Of a DNA stretch of 39,369 nt, positions 1 through 8,199 are shown in pieces. The stretch is from Candidatus Woesearchaeota archaeon (GTDB lineage Archaea; Nanobdellota; Nanobdellia; Pacearchaeales; GW2011-AR1). Both the position numbers and the translations under genes were made by a program. The notes under the pieces are model-generated. The model was given only the letters and a program-made list of their open reading frames with translations. It was not told the DNA's origin and ran no database searches. The stretch is taken from NCBI GenBank assembly GCA_964634225.1, contig CAZWIB010000002.1, forward strand, positions 1-39,369. Direction: 5' to 3'. Each line of letters starts with the position of its first letter. Position 1 is the first letter of the stretch.

Positions 1-1813
1 ATTCCATTCCTCTTCCACTCATTCTACTCCCTTGTGCGCCTGGTTTTTGACCTCCAAGTTCTGTAGGTAATTGTGAAAAGGTAGTTCCAAAAGTTTCATA
101 ATTAACTTGAGGTAACCAAGCACCTTCAAGTCCTGACATATATCCTTGATATAATCCCATTCTCTGACTCCAGGCTGGACTGGCTCCTGTGCTGTACATT
201 GATGTTCCCAATCCTTCCATACTTTCTATTACAGGCGGAGTTTGAAAATGTTGCCACCATTGTCCTGCTTCAATAATTTTTCTTGCTTCAAACCCTTTTT
301 CACCTAATTTACTCATAATTTTTTTTATTGGAACATTTCCCATTCCCATAGGAAGTTCTGTATGTTCAAAACCAAAATTATCAGATAAATGGACATGCTT
401 CACAAAAGGAGCAATTTTTTCTGTTTCTTCTATAAGTTCTTTTTCTCCAAATCCACTTTTTCTAAGCATATTAATATGCCCTACATCCCATGTTGCACCA
501 ATCAATTTTTCTGCTGTACTTTTTGCTGTTGATTTACTCATTCCTTCTTCAACAGCTTTCTCAACAAATCTTTCTCTTGATTCAACAACAAGATTTCTCA
601 AATCCTCTCCAGTAGATAATGCAAAACCAAAAGGAGGATTTTCAATAGCAACTACTGGTGCTTTATCTCCAAATTCTTTATAGGCTTCAAAAGCTGCGTT
701 TCCAAAAGTTTTAGAAGATTGTTCTGTTGCAAATTCTTCCATAGGAGCAAAAATTCTTGGTCTAACTTGTTTTAATCCTTGAAGTAAATAAAGCATCGCC
801 TGAGATTGTAATTTTGGATCATAGGATTGTATAGGAGGTCTGCCTTTTTCATCTTTTTTATCATATCCTAAAATCTTTCCATATTGTTTAGAAACGTTAT
901 CTAAATGATTTAATACTAATTGGGCTTGCTTTTTTTCTTCTGAAGTACGCGCTCTACCCTGATCTTTCTTTGCTAAAGTATATGCTTTATCAAAAGCAGT
1001 TCCTGCACTTAAACTTGCTTGTTCCATAAACTCTGCGGCAGAATGAACCCTGTTAACTTCTTCCCTTCCTTCAGCATTTAAAGTGGTTTTATCTCCTGTT
1101 AAATAAGCTTCTCTATAACGAGGATGTATATCTTGTAAAACTCTTTCTGCACTTTCTCTATTAAATTCAATTTGTCTTAAAGAATTAGTCCACTCTGAAG
1201 AATTTGCAATGTTTAAATTTTCTTCTGCTGAAATCTCTCTTCTTCCCTCTCCAGGATCATATCTTATATCTTTTTCTAAAGGAATCATTTTTCCAGATTC
1301 TCTATCAACTGCAATCATTCTTTTTGCTTTTCTTTGATCTCCTAAAGTTTCCCATTCTGTTCCTGCAATTCCTTCTGCAGAGTGAAATACTACAGGCATA
1401 TTTCCACTAGGGTCAACTTCATGACTTCTTTTAATTACATCAGCTATTTTTCTCTCGCTTGATTCTCTATTTACTTCACTAAAACCTTGTTGAGTTATAC
1501 CCGCAGAATCCATTACGGGGCCATGAACTGAAACATCTATTCCTGTTAATTTGCTTAATCGTTTAACTTCCTCTAATTGTTGTTTTGGAATTGAATCAAA
1601 AATTTCTGGAGTTACTAAAGCAAGTTCTATTTTTTTTACACCTGTTGAAAGTTTTCCGGAAGTTTCCTTAATTACATTTGCAGAACGTGGGTCAGTTGTT
1701 AGTCCTAAACTTCCAGCAGTTACATATCCTGTTGAATAACTCCTATTTGGATCAAGAGAAGAATATCCCCCTTGATAGATATCTCTAATTGCATATTCAC
1801 CTACTTTTGTCAT
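1..1813 (-). CDS. Xylose-isomerase-like TIM-barrel (AP endonuclease family 2-like) protein with a long internal insertion; partial, 3' end lies beyond the left edge
   Basis: Absent from the ORF track because no stop falls inside the window. Hand translation of the reverse strand from ATG (complement of cat 1811-1813) gives MTKVGEYAIRDIYQGGYSSLDPNRS... and stays open to base 1 (...ELGGQKPGAQGSRMSGRGME). Ordered motifs SVHGP / VVFHSAEG / VAIENPPFG / TWDVGHINM / VKHVHLSDNFGFEHTELPMGMGNVP fit the metal-ligand strand ends of PF01261-type barrels. About 250 aa separate FHSAEG from VAIENPP. Confidence 0.6.
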   Translation of the reverse strand, partial: MTKVGEYAIRDIYQGGYSSLDPNRSYSTGYVTAGSLGLTTDPRSANVIKETSGKLSTGVKKIELALVTPEIFDSIPKQQLEEVKRLSKLTGIDVSVHGPVMDSAGITQQGFSEVNRESSERKIADVIKRSHEVDPSGNMPVVFHSAEGIAGTEWETLGDQRKAKRMIAVDRESGKMIPLEKDIRYDPGEGRREISAEENLNIANSSEWTNSLRQIEFNRESAERVLQDIHPRYREAYLTGDKTTLNAEGREEVNRVHSAAEFMEQASLSAGTAFDKAYTLAKKDQGRARTSEEKKQAQLVLNHLDNVSKQYGKILGYDKKDEKGRPPIQSYDPKLQSQAMLYLLQGLKQVRPRIFAPMEEFATEQSSKTFGNAAFEAYKEFGDKAPVVAIENPPFGFALSTGEDLRNLVVESRERFVEKAVEEGMSKSTAKSTAEKLIGATWDVGHINMLRKSGFGEKELIEETEKIAPFVKHVHLSDNFGFEHTELPMGMGNVPIKKIMSKLGEKGFEARKIIEAGQWWQHFQTPPVIESMEGLGTSMYSTGASPAWSQRMGLYQGYMSGLEGAWLPQVNYETFGTTFSQLPTELGGQKPGAQGSRMSGRGME

Positions 1814-1850
1814 ATTATTATATTAGAAAAATTCTTTAAATAATTATTGA

Positions 1851-2387
1851 TTATCTCGAAGGCTTATATTTAACTTCTTTTTTTTCAAGAGGATGTTGTG
1901 TTCCTAGTTTTTGAATTTCAACTTGTTTTGGAGCAACATAATTTTCTACAGTTGAAGATTCAGGAGTTCTTGTCTCTGAAGCTGCAAATTGAGTTTTACG
2001 TCTTTCTAATGGATCTATTTGTATTTTATCCATATCAACACGCCCAACATTTTGAACATTTTCATAACTAATTGATTCACTATTATGATATTTTGGTTCA
2101 TCTCCTTGTTCTGCCGATTTAATATATTTAAAATCATCTTCTTCATTAAATTTTTCCGGTGTGGGGGCACTTTCTGCAACTTGTTCTAAATCAAGATGTT
2201 CTTGGGGACCTTGAATTTTCTCTAAAACAGGTGAAAAATCTTCTTGTTGAAAGAATTCTTGAAATTTATTCTCATCTATATTTATTTCTTGTTCTTCTAC
2301 TTCTTCCTCTAGGTCTGATTCTTCTGTTTTTTCGATTTCTTTAAATTTTGATTCTTCGGAACTTTTTGCTTTAGCTTCTTTTGACAT
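1851..2387 (-). CDS. Acidic low-complexity hypothetical protein (178 aa)
   Basis: ORF track. E/D/K-rich with no hydrophobic segment. Same strand as the TIM-barrel gene and 37 nt upstream of it; divergent from the gene at 2421. Confidence 0.45.
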   Translation of the reverse strand: MSKEAKAKSSEESKFKEIEKTEESDLEEEVEEQEINIDENKFQEFFQQEDFSPVLEKIQGPQEHLDLEQVAESAPTPEKFNEEDDFKYIKSAEQGDEPKYHNSESISYENVQNVGRVDMDKIQIDPLERRKTQFAASETRTPESSTVENYVAPKQVEIQKLGTQHPLEKKEVKYKPSR

Positions 2388-2420
2388 AAAACATAAAAAC
2401 CTGGAAATTATATAAAACTT

Positions 2421-3131
2421 ATGAAAAAGAGGTTAAAAATAATAAGAATATTAGTTCTTTTGAATGGTTTGATTTTAATTGTAAGTGCTTCTTTTTTGAA
2501 GATTACTGGAAATGTAATTAGTGAAAATACAAATATTGTAGGCTCAATTTTAGGATTAGTTTTTATTGCAGGGGGAATTGCTTTATTTTTGGCTCAAAAA
2601 GAAGGAGGATTAGAAACTCTTGTAGAAGAAAAACCCCTTCCTGGAAAAGGAATTAAAGGAAATTATATTCCATTAAGTGAAATATTGAATGAAAAACATC
2701 TCAAGTCAAATAAAGTCCAGGTTGATGTAAGAGGCAATAAAATATATAGAAACGGTAGGGAAGTTCAGGGACTTAAATTAAAGGATAATTATATTGAATT
2801 CAAAGGAGTTCATTTCACTAATCCAGGGGCAGCAAAAGTTATTCAAGATTATGAATCTCTTGAAATAAAAAATTTTGAAGACCCCTATGTATATCTTTCA
2901 GAATCTCTGAATTATTCAGGAAAAAGTGAAAAAAGTATTAGGCACATGTTGGGATCATCTTCTGCAGAAGAAGCAGTAATTGTCAATGTGAAATATCCTG
3001 CTAATAAAATATATCTAAAATTTGAAAAAGGAAGGCCAACTCATTATGCAATCGATGGAGATATTAGGAGAGAAAATTTATTGACAAAAAAAGGACATAA
3101 AGTTTTAAGAAAAAAAATTAAAGAATTATAA
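2421..3131 (+). CDS. Membrane-anchored hypothetical protein (236 aa)
   Basis: ORF track. Two N-terminal hydrophobic helices (ILVLLNGLILIVSASFL, IVGSILGLVFIAGGIALFLA) followed by a soluble domain of about 170 aa. No motif recognised. Confidence 0.55.
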   Translation: MKKRLKIIRILVLLNGLILIVSASFLKITGNVISENTNIVGSILGLVFIAGGIALFLAQKEGGLETLVEEKPLPGKGIKGNYIPLSEILNEKHLKSNKVQVDVRGNKIYRNGREVQGLKLKDNYIEFKGVHFTNPGAAKVIQDYESLEIKNFEDPYVYLSESLNYSGKSEKSIRHMLGSSSAEEAVIVNVKYPANKIYLKFEKGRPTHYAIDGDIRRENLLTKKGHKVLRKKIKEL

Positions 3132-3908
3132 TTATTCTGTTAGTTTATCTAATAATCTTGAATAAAACCTTTTATGAAATTTATCTAATTCAGGATGTTC
3201 TTTATTCAAAACAGAAATTGCCAAAGCATTTTCTATTTCAGAAGACCTTTGTAATCTTGTTATTGATCTGTTCAGGGGTTCTGCAAGAGTTTCATGTTCT
3301 AATTCATGCACAGAATAATCTTGATCTATTTTATTTTTTTCATTCATTAACCTTTTGTCCCTATATTCATTAAAAAATTCTGCTAAAATCGCTGAATGTG
3401 CTAAAGGAGATTTGGTGTCGTTAATATCTAAATTATCTTCAACATCATAAAAAGCAACATCTTCATTTAATGATTTTAACAAAATATCTTCTTTTAGACT
3501 TTTTTTTATATAATTATCTAAATAGAATAAATATGCTGGCCTATAAATTATTTCTCTAGCTTCTACTATTCCCAATATTTCATTTCCAAACAAATGGCCT
3601 TGAACATTTCCTTTTCTTTTTTTTGGTTTTTCGTTAAACAAAGAAAAATTTATTTCGTTATCTATTATTTTTAGTCCTTGCCAAATTGATTCAACACTAT
3701 TTGAATAAATATTTTCTCTCCCAGGAACTGGAATTTGATAATCTAGAGAAAATGAAAAAGGACTGAAAAGCTTATAGGGTATTTGTCCCCTGCTACTAGC
3801 ATCAATCCCCCCTAATAATTTTCCTTGTACTGGAGTTGTCGCAAAAATGTTTTTATTCAAATAAAAATCATTTTTCGAAACTACTTTGTCTTCTTTTCTC
3901 CCAGCCAT
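3132..3908 (-). CDS. Hypothetical protein; possible divergent NADAR-like (YbiA/DUF1768-like) N-terminal region plus helical C-terminal region
   Basis: ORF track, 258 aa. KLFSPFSFSLDYQIPVPGRENIYSNSVESIWQGLK and GHLFGNEILGIVEAREI loosely parallel the NADAR patterns FSNF...dG...sEHyFQAqK and G.N.LG..LmelR. Spacing is shorter than in YbiA, so the domain call is weak. Confidence 0.55.
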   Translation of the reverse strand: MAGRKEDKVVSKNDFYLNKNIFATTPVQGKLLGGIDASSRGQIPYKLFSPFSFSLDYQIPVPGRENIYSNSVESIWQGLKIIDNEINFSLFNEKPKKRKGNVQGHLFGNEILGIVEAREIIYRPAYLFYLDNYIKKSLKEDILLKSLNEDVAFYDVEDNLDINDTKSPLAHSAILAEFFNEYRDKRLMNEKNKIDQDYSVHELEHETLAEPLNRSITRLQRSSEIENALAISVLNKEHPELDKFHKRFYSRLLDKLTE

Positions 3909-4051
3909 AATTAAAAAAACCTATTTTGCATTATAAATCTTTCTAACGTAACAACTAAAAAATAACAACAACCTAGTAGTAAAATTAAATGGTCGAACAC
4001 AATAATGCTTTTAAATCTCTATCAAATCGTAATAAGGCGCGATAATTTCAA

Positions 4052-5170
4052 ATGGTAAAAAAAATATTAAAAAATCTTGAAAACTTAGCAACCGGAGCAA
4101 AGAAATTTGTTGGCAGAGGTATTATGTATTCAGCTATCCCTATAGCACTTGCCGGGTCTTTAGACTCTAATGCCCAAGATCTTGTTCATGATTTTCATTT
4201 TGATTGTGATACGACTTTCTATGGTAAAGAAAATAAAAAAGAAATTAAAACAATAACTTGCAGAAATGACTCTAGCGGTTTTAAATATGTTACAGAATTT
4301 AGAAGGAGTGAAGGAGGGTCAGATACACTTTTAAAATATTTAATGACATCTGAATCATTTTATCATGGTGATCATCTTATGACAAAAAAAGAGTTCAAAC
4401 AAAATGAAGATGGCCCTTTACTTTATTTAGATATAGAAGGGGATGGAGATATTGACAAGCAGTATAATCTAATTATTAGAAAAAATGAAGTAAAAATAGA
4501 TGATAAAGCCGACCTTAGTACTGAGAACACTAGCACTCTTGAAGTTTATAGAGATTTATTCGAAACTTTTTCAGAGAGACAAAGGAAAAAGGAATTTAAA
4601 AAAGCAGAAGGAATAAAAAATGCATACATTAACCAAAAAATGGATTCTCTAAATGCTAGATGTGATTCTATAATTGCTATCAAGGATAAAGAGATGGCGG
4701 CATTAAAAGCTAATTATGAAAAAAAGGTCGTTGAAATAACTACTAAAGCTAAAACTGAAAAAAAGTCCATAATTTCTAATAAGGCAGAACCTATAGGTCT
4801 GAAAAATTATATGTTGTTTTATGTTGATATAACTGAGGGAAAAAAGAAAACTGGTTTTCGCATTTCTTCTAAATGTGATATGTATTTTGAGGGCAAAACC
4901 CAAAGTTTTTTCATGGGAAGAGAATCTCCAGTTTTTGACCCTTCCATTAAATCTTTCGGTATTCATGAAGATAAAGATACCCTTTATGTAGTTCCATTAA
5001 TGATTGGACCATCTTCATATGATTTTTCAGAAGATTCTCCAGAAGCTATTAGAAAAGATATTGCAAAATTCTCTCAAGGAAAAAAAGTTTACATAACTAA
5101 ACCTCAACAATGGGAAAAAGGCTTGTGGTTCCATGCTCTTTGGGAAAAGAAAACTTTTAAGGACGATTGA
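4052..5170 (+). CDS. Exported hypothetical protein (372 aa)
   Basis: ORF track. N-terminal hydrophobic stretch ending MYSAIPIALAGSLDSNAQD, with a K/E-rich helical middle section. No motif recognised. Confidence 0.55.
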   Translation: MVKKILKNLENLATGAKKFVGRGIMYSAIPIALAGSLDSNAQDLVHDFHFDCDTTFYGKENKKEIKTITCRNDSSGFKYVTEFRRSEGGSDTLLKYLMTSESFYHGDHLMTKKEFKQNEDGPLLYLDIEGDGDIDKQYNLIIRKNEVKIDDKADLSTENTSTLEVYRDLFETFSERQRKKEFKKAEGIKNAYINQKMDSLNARCDSIIAIKDKEMAALKANYEKKVVEITTKAKTEKKSIISNKAEPIGLKNYMLFYVDITEGKKKTGFRISSKCDMYFEGKTQSFFMGRESPVFDPSIKSFGIHEDKDTLYVVPLMIGPSSYDFSEDSPEAIRKDIAKFSQGKKVYITKPQQWEKGLWFHALWEKKTFKDD

Positions 5171-5557
5171 ATGAAAAAATTAGGCGATATAACAAAATAT
5201 TTTAGTACATTTTTAACTAGTGCAGCTTTATTTGTAAATTTAAACTCTTCTGCTCAAGATACTATTAGAATTCCAAATGGATATCAAATATTTAATGAAA
5301 AAGGACAAAAAATTAAAGAATCAGTAAATTATTATTCTAATTTTGAAAAAAATGAATTTTTTATTATTAAAACAGAAAATAGCACAGACACTGTAAAAAA
5401 AGCTACAATAACAAGCGAGTTTGAATTTGATAAAAATAATAATCTAAACAAAGTAACTCGTCTTAAAAATTATTGGGGAGATTCAAAGAATGAACATTTT
5501 TCATACGAAATAAATGATAATGGGCAAGCAAAAAATTTTCAATATTTAGATTATTAA
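5171..5557 (+). CDS. Exported hypothetical protein (128 aa)
   Basis: ORF track. Its ATG abuts the TGA of the upstream gene (tgaatg). Signal-like FLTSAALFVNLNSSAQD ends in the same S-x-AQD as the upstream gene. Confidence 0.5.
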   Translation: MKKLGDITKYFSTFLTSAALFVNLNSSAQDTIRIPNGYQIFNEKGQKIKESVNYYSNFEKNEFFIIKTENSTDTVKKATITSEFEFDKNNNLNKVTRLKNYWGDSKNEHFSYEINDNGQAKNFQYLDY

Positions 5558-6954
5558 ATATAACTGGGCATTCCATGAGCTTTCTTATAAACATTAAATA
5601 AATCAAAGGCAGTTGTCAACGATTTTTGCGCAACAAATGGCCTTATAATTTTATCTTCTAACCAAGTATCTCTCTTGACAGATTTTAACTTAGCTCCTTT
5701 CTTTTTAGCTTTAGTTTTAGTTCCTTTTTTTTCATATTTTCCAATTAATGCTAAAAAAGGATTTGCTTCTGAAGATATCTTTGCCTTTTTACCTTCTTCA
5801 TCTTCTTCTAAAAAACCATCTATTTCTTTTTGTAATAATTCTAAACTTTCTGTTGTTGCTCCTTCAATTAATTGTAAAACATCTCCTAAATCTGAATCTT
5901 TAATTTCTTGATCTAATTTTTTTAATTCATCATCATTTAAAACATATGCTTTAAAATTTACTGTTGTTTTTCCTCCAAAACCATAATGTGCTTGCTGTCC
6001 TACTTTTTGAGGAATACCTCTAAAATAAAAATCAGTTAAAATACAAACATAATAATTTCGTTTTATACTTTTCAAGAATTTTCGTTTTGTAAATTCTTCA
6101 GGTAAATCTCCAGCAAGTGCCTCTTCCTTAATATTAATCTTAGATTTTCCTAATAATGTTAATTCAAGAATAATTGTGTTAAATGTTTTAACTAAATCAG
6201 CACTTCTTCCCAAATCTTTTTGTTCAAGTTCTTGTGCTGCTTTCAAATATGGTTTTGCCCAACGAGAATAAAGTTTTAAACTATTTACTTGACTTCTCAA
6301 ATAATTTCTTTCCAACTCATATCTTTTTCTTAATTCTTTTTCAGATTGATCTAACCAAACTTTAAATTCTTGGATTCTTGGTTTCAAAACTCTTTTAACT
6401 CTATCATTCAAATCAAGTTTCTCAACATCCTTTTCATCTTTAACTGCTAAAAAAGCATCAATTAAAGTTACAAATCCTGCCTGTCCCAATGCCATAGCTT
6501 TCATTGAAGAATTACCTTTCACTATATCTACTTTATCCATCCATAGTTGTTTTAATGAAAGTATTGCTGCATCAACTATCGCTTTATCTTTTGATTTTAA
6601 ACCCTCATAATGCTCTAATCTTATTTTAAAATCTTTTAAATCATATATTAAATTCAAAACGCTTCTTAAAACCATATTAATATCTCCCAATAATTTTGAT
6701 CCTTGTTGCTGCATAATTGTCGCTCTCTGACCAAGTTCTGCAAAATGTCCCGAACCAGGAGAAGATGTAAAATTATCAATAAGTTTGTCTACTTTAAGCC
6801 CCATACTACTCATTAAATCTAAAATGAAAAAATAAATTGGCTCCAAACCTTCTGCAGCCGAATCATAAATTAAAGTATGTACTGCTTCTGGTTCCCCTTT
6901 CTTTTTATAATATGGACTTATCCTATTTATAATCTCACTAATGGTTTCTACCAT
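5554..6954 (-). CDS. Large, mostly helical hypothetical protein (466 aa) with a K-rich C-terminal linker
   Basis: ORF track; long clean ORF. Predicted helical or coiled segments (e.g. RIQEFKVWLDQSEKELRKRYELERNYLRSQVNSLKLY), a short beta-looking core (YYVCILTDFYFRGIPQKVGQQAHYGFGGKTTVNFKAYVL) and a basic tract KKGTKTKAKKKGAKLKSVKR. No nucleotide-binding or catalytic motif seen. Confidence 0.7.
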   Translation of the reverse strand: MVETISEIINRISPYYKKKGEPEAVHTLIYDSAAEGLEPIYFFILDLMSSMGLKVDKLIDNFTSSPGSGHFAELGQRATIMQQQGSKLLGDINMVLRSVLNLIYDLKDFKIRLEHYEGLKSKDKAIVDAAILSLKQLWMDKVDIVKGNSSMKAMALGQAGFVTLIDAFLAVKDEKDVEKLDLNDRVKRVLKPRIQEFKVWLDQSEKELRKRYELERNYLRSQVNSLKLYSRWAKPYLKAAQELEQKDLGRSADLVKTFNTIILELTLLGKSKINIKEEALAGDLPEEFTKRKFLKSIKRNYYVCILTDFYFRGIPQKVGQQAHYGFGGKTTVNFKAYVLNDDELKKLDQEIKDSDLGDVLQLIEGATTESLELLQKEIDGFLEEDEEGKKAKISSEANPFLALIGKYEKKGTKTKAKKKGAKLKSVKRDTWLEDKIIRPFVAQKSLTTAFDLFNVYKKAHGMPSYI

Positions 6955-7074
6955 GAAATCTAATATGTTTTAATGTTTAAAAAATATTCCTCTGCCGCTT
7001 TTTGGATCAAAGGGGTAATACAAATTTATTTGATTTACCAGAATGCTTATAAATAACTCATTATTGTATGAATT

Positions 7075-7431
7075 ATGGGCCTATTTAAGAAGAAAAAAGA
7101 TGATGTGTTAGATTTAACAGAGTATTATAACAAAAGAAAAGCAGAAATGCAAGGAACAGAAAATGAAACTGTTGATTTAACACAAAACCAAGATACTTCG
7201 TCAGATACTCAAAGTTCTAAAGGTTTTTTTGGGGGAATTTTTGGATCAACCAACCCTACAGCTCCAATGAAATCAGCAGCTGATACCATATCTTCAGACG
7301 TAAATGAAAGAAAACAAAAACTTGCAAAAAGATTAAAGGACATGACTGATAAATTAGAAGACGTTTCAAACCAGATTTATCATTTACAACAACGATTAGA
7401 ATTAGTTGAAAGAAAGCTTGATGTTAATTAA
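7075..7431 (+). CDS. Small hypothetical protein with a disordered middle and a C-terminal coiled coil (118 aa)
   Basis: ORF track. MGLFKKKKDDVLDLTEYY N-terminus with a second VDLT repeat. C-terminal heptad-like KQKLAKRLKDMTDKLEDVSNQIYHLQQRLELVERKL. TATA-like gcttataaataa lies about 30 nt upstream. Confidence 0.5.
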   Translation: MGLFKKKKDDVLDLTEYYNKRKAEMQGTENETVDLTQNQDTSSDTQSSKGFFGGIFGSTNPTAPMKSAADTISSDVNERKQKLAKRLKDMTDKLEDVSNQIYHLQQRLELVERKLDVN

Positions 7432-7506
7432 TGATTTCTAGATTGTCACTTTTAAATGACTATTAATAAGAAGATTTAAATACGATTTCTTTTTAATAAT
7501 TATAAG

Positions 7507-8169
7507 ATGAAATTATATGAAAGAATAATGTTACTTAGTGCCATAGTAGGTATTACCAGTTGTGGCGGTCTGGATCAGGGTAAACTTAAAGATAAAAAAT
7601 ACGATACAGAAAAATTTACTCTTGTTGATACATTAAACATTGATACAACAGTTGAAAAACCCAATATAAATCACCTTTATAATTATGTTGTGCTTGGCAA
7701 GGAAATTAATTTAGATATACACCGTAGGTTTAAAATCTTAAAAGAAGATATTGAATTTAAAACTGATACCACCACTAAAGATAGTGAGATTGTACTTGGA
7801 GGCTTATTGAAAGTTCGTAAAGAAGAATTTTATATAAAAGAATTAATTGGTAAAAAGACCCATAAAAAAGAAATCTACATAAGTAAATTGATTGATTTAA
7901 CACCAAAAGAAATAAGTTCTCTTAATAATCTAGAAAAAATTAAAGAGATGAATTATACTATAAACAAACGTTATTCTCTTGACAATAATCTTGAGATAAA
8001 TGAAGTAAGAATTCTTGGAAGGAATTATGATAAAGAAAAGGGATCTTCTTTTATATTTGATGTAAATACACCAGACACAGAAAGAGGAAGAAAAGTATTG
8101 TATCATGAAAAAAAAAGTTTGGATGAATATTTGATTAAAATTTTGAATCATAAAAATCTAAATGATTAA
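7507..8169 (+). CDS. Putative lipoprotein / exported protein (220 aa)
   Basis: ORF track. N-terminus MLLSAIVGITSCGG has a lipobox-like I-T-S-C. Confidence 0.55.
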   Translation: MKLYERIMLLSAIVGITSCGGLDQGKLKDKKYDTEKFTLVDTLNIDTTVEKPNINHLYNYVVLGKEINLDIHRRFKILKEDIEFKTDTTTKDSEIVLGGLLKVRKEEFYIKELIGKKTHKKEIYISKLIDLTPKEISSLNNLEKIKEMNYTINKRYSLDNNLEINEVRILGRNYDKEKGSSFIFDVNTPDTERGRKVLYHEKKSLDEYLIKILNHKNLND

Positions 8170-8199
8170 TTTTATTAACTCATTCTTCTAAATTAAAAT

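Noticed and set aside
1204-1739. Plus-strand track ORFs 1204..1410 and 1551..1739
   Set aside because: They lie antisense inside the long open minus-strand frame (complement <1..1813), which has clear TIM-barrel motifs. Their products are low-complexity L/F-rich strings.
1851-7431. An integrated provirus or mobile island spanning the cluster of unknown, secreted and acidic proteins
   Set aside because: No integrase, terminase, portal or capsid, or replication initiator motifs were recognised. There are no flanking direct repeats or tRNA junction, and the composition looks like the rest of the window.
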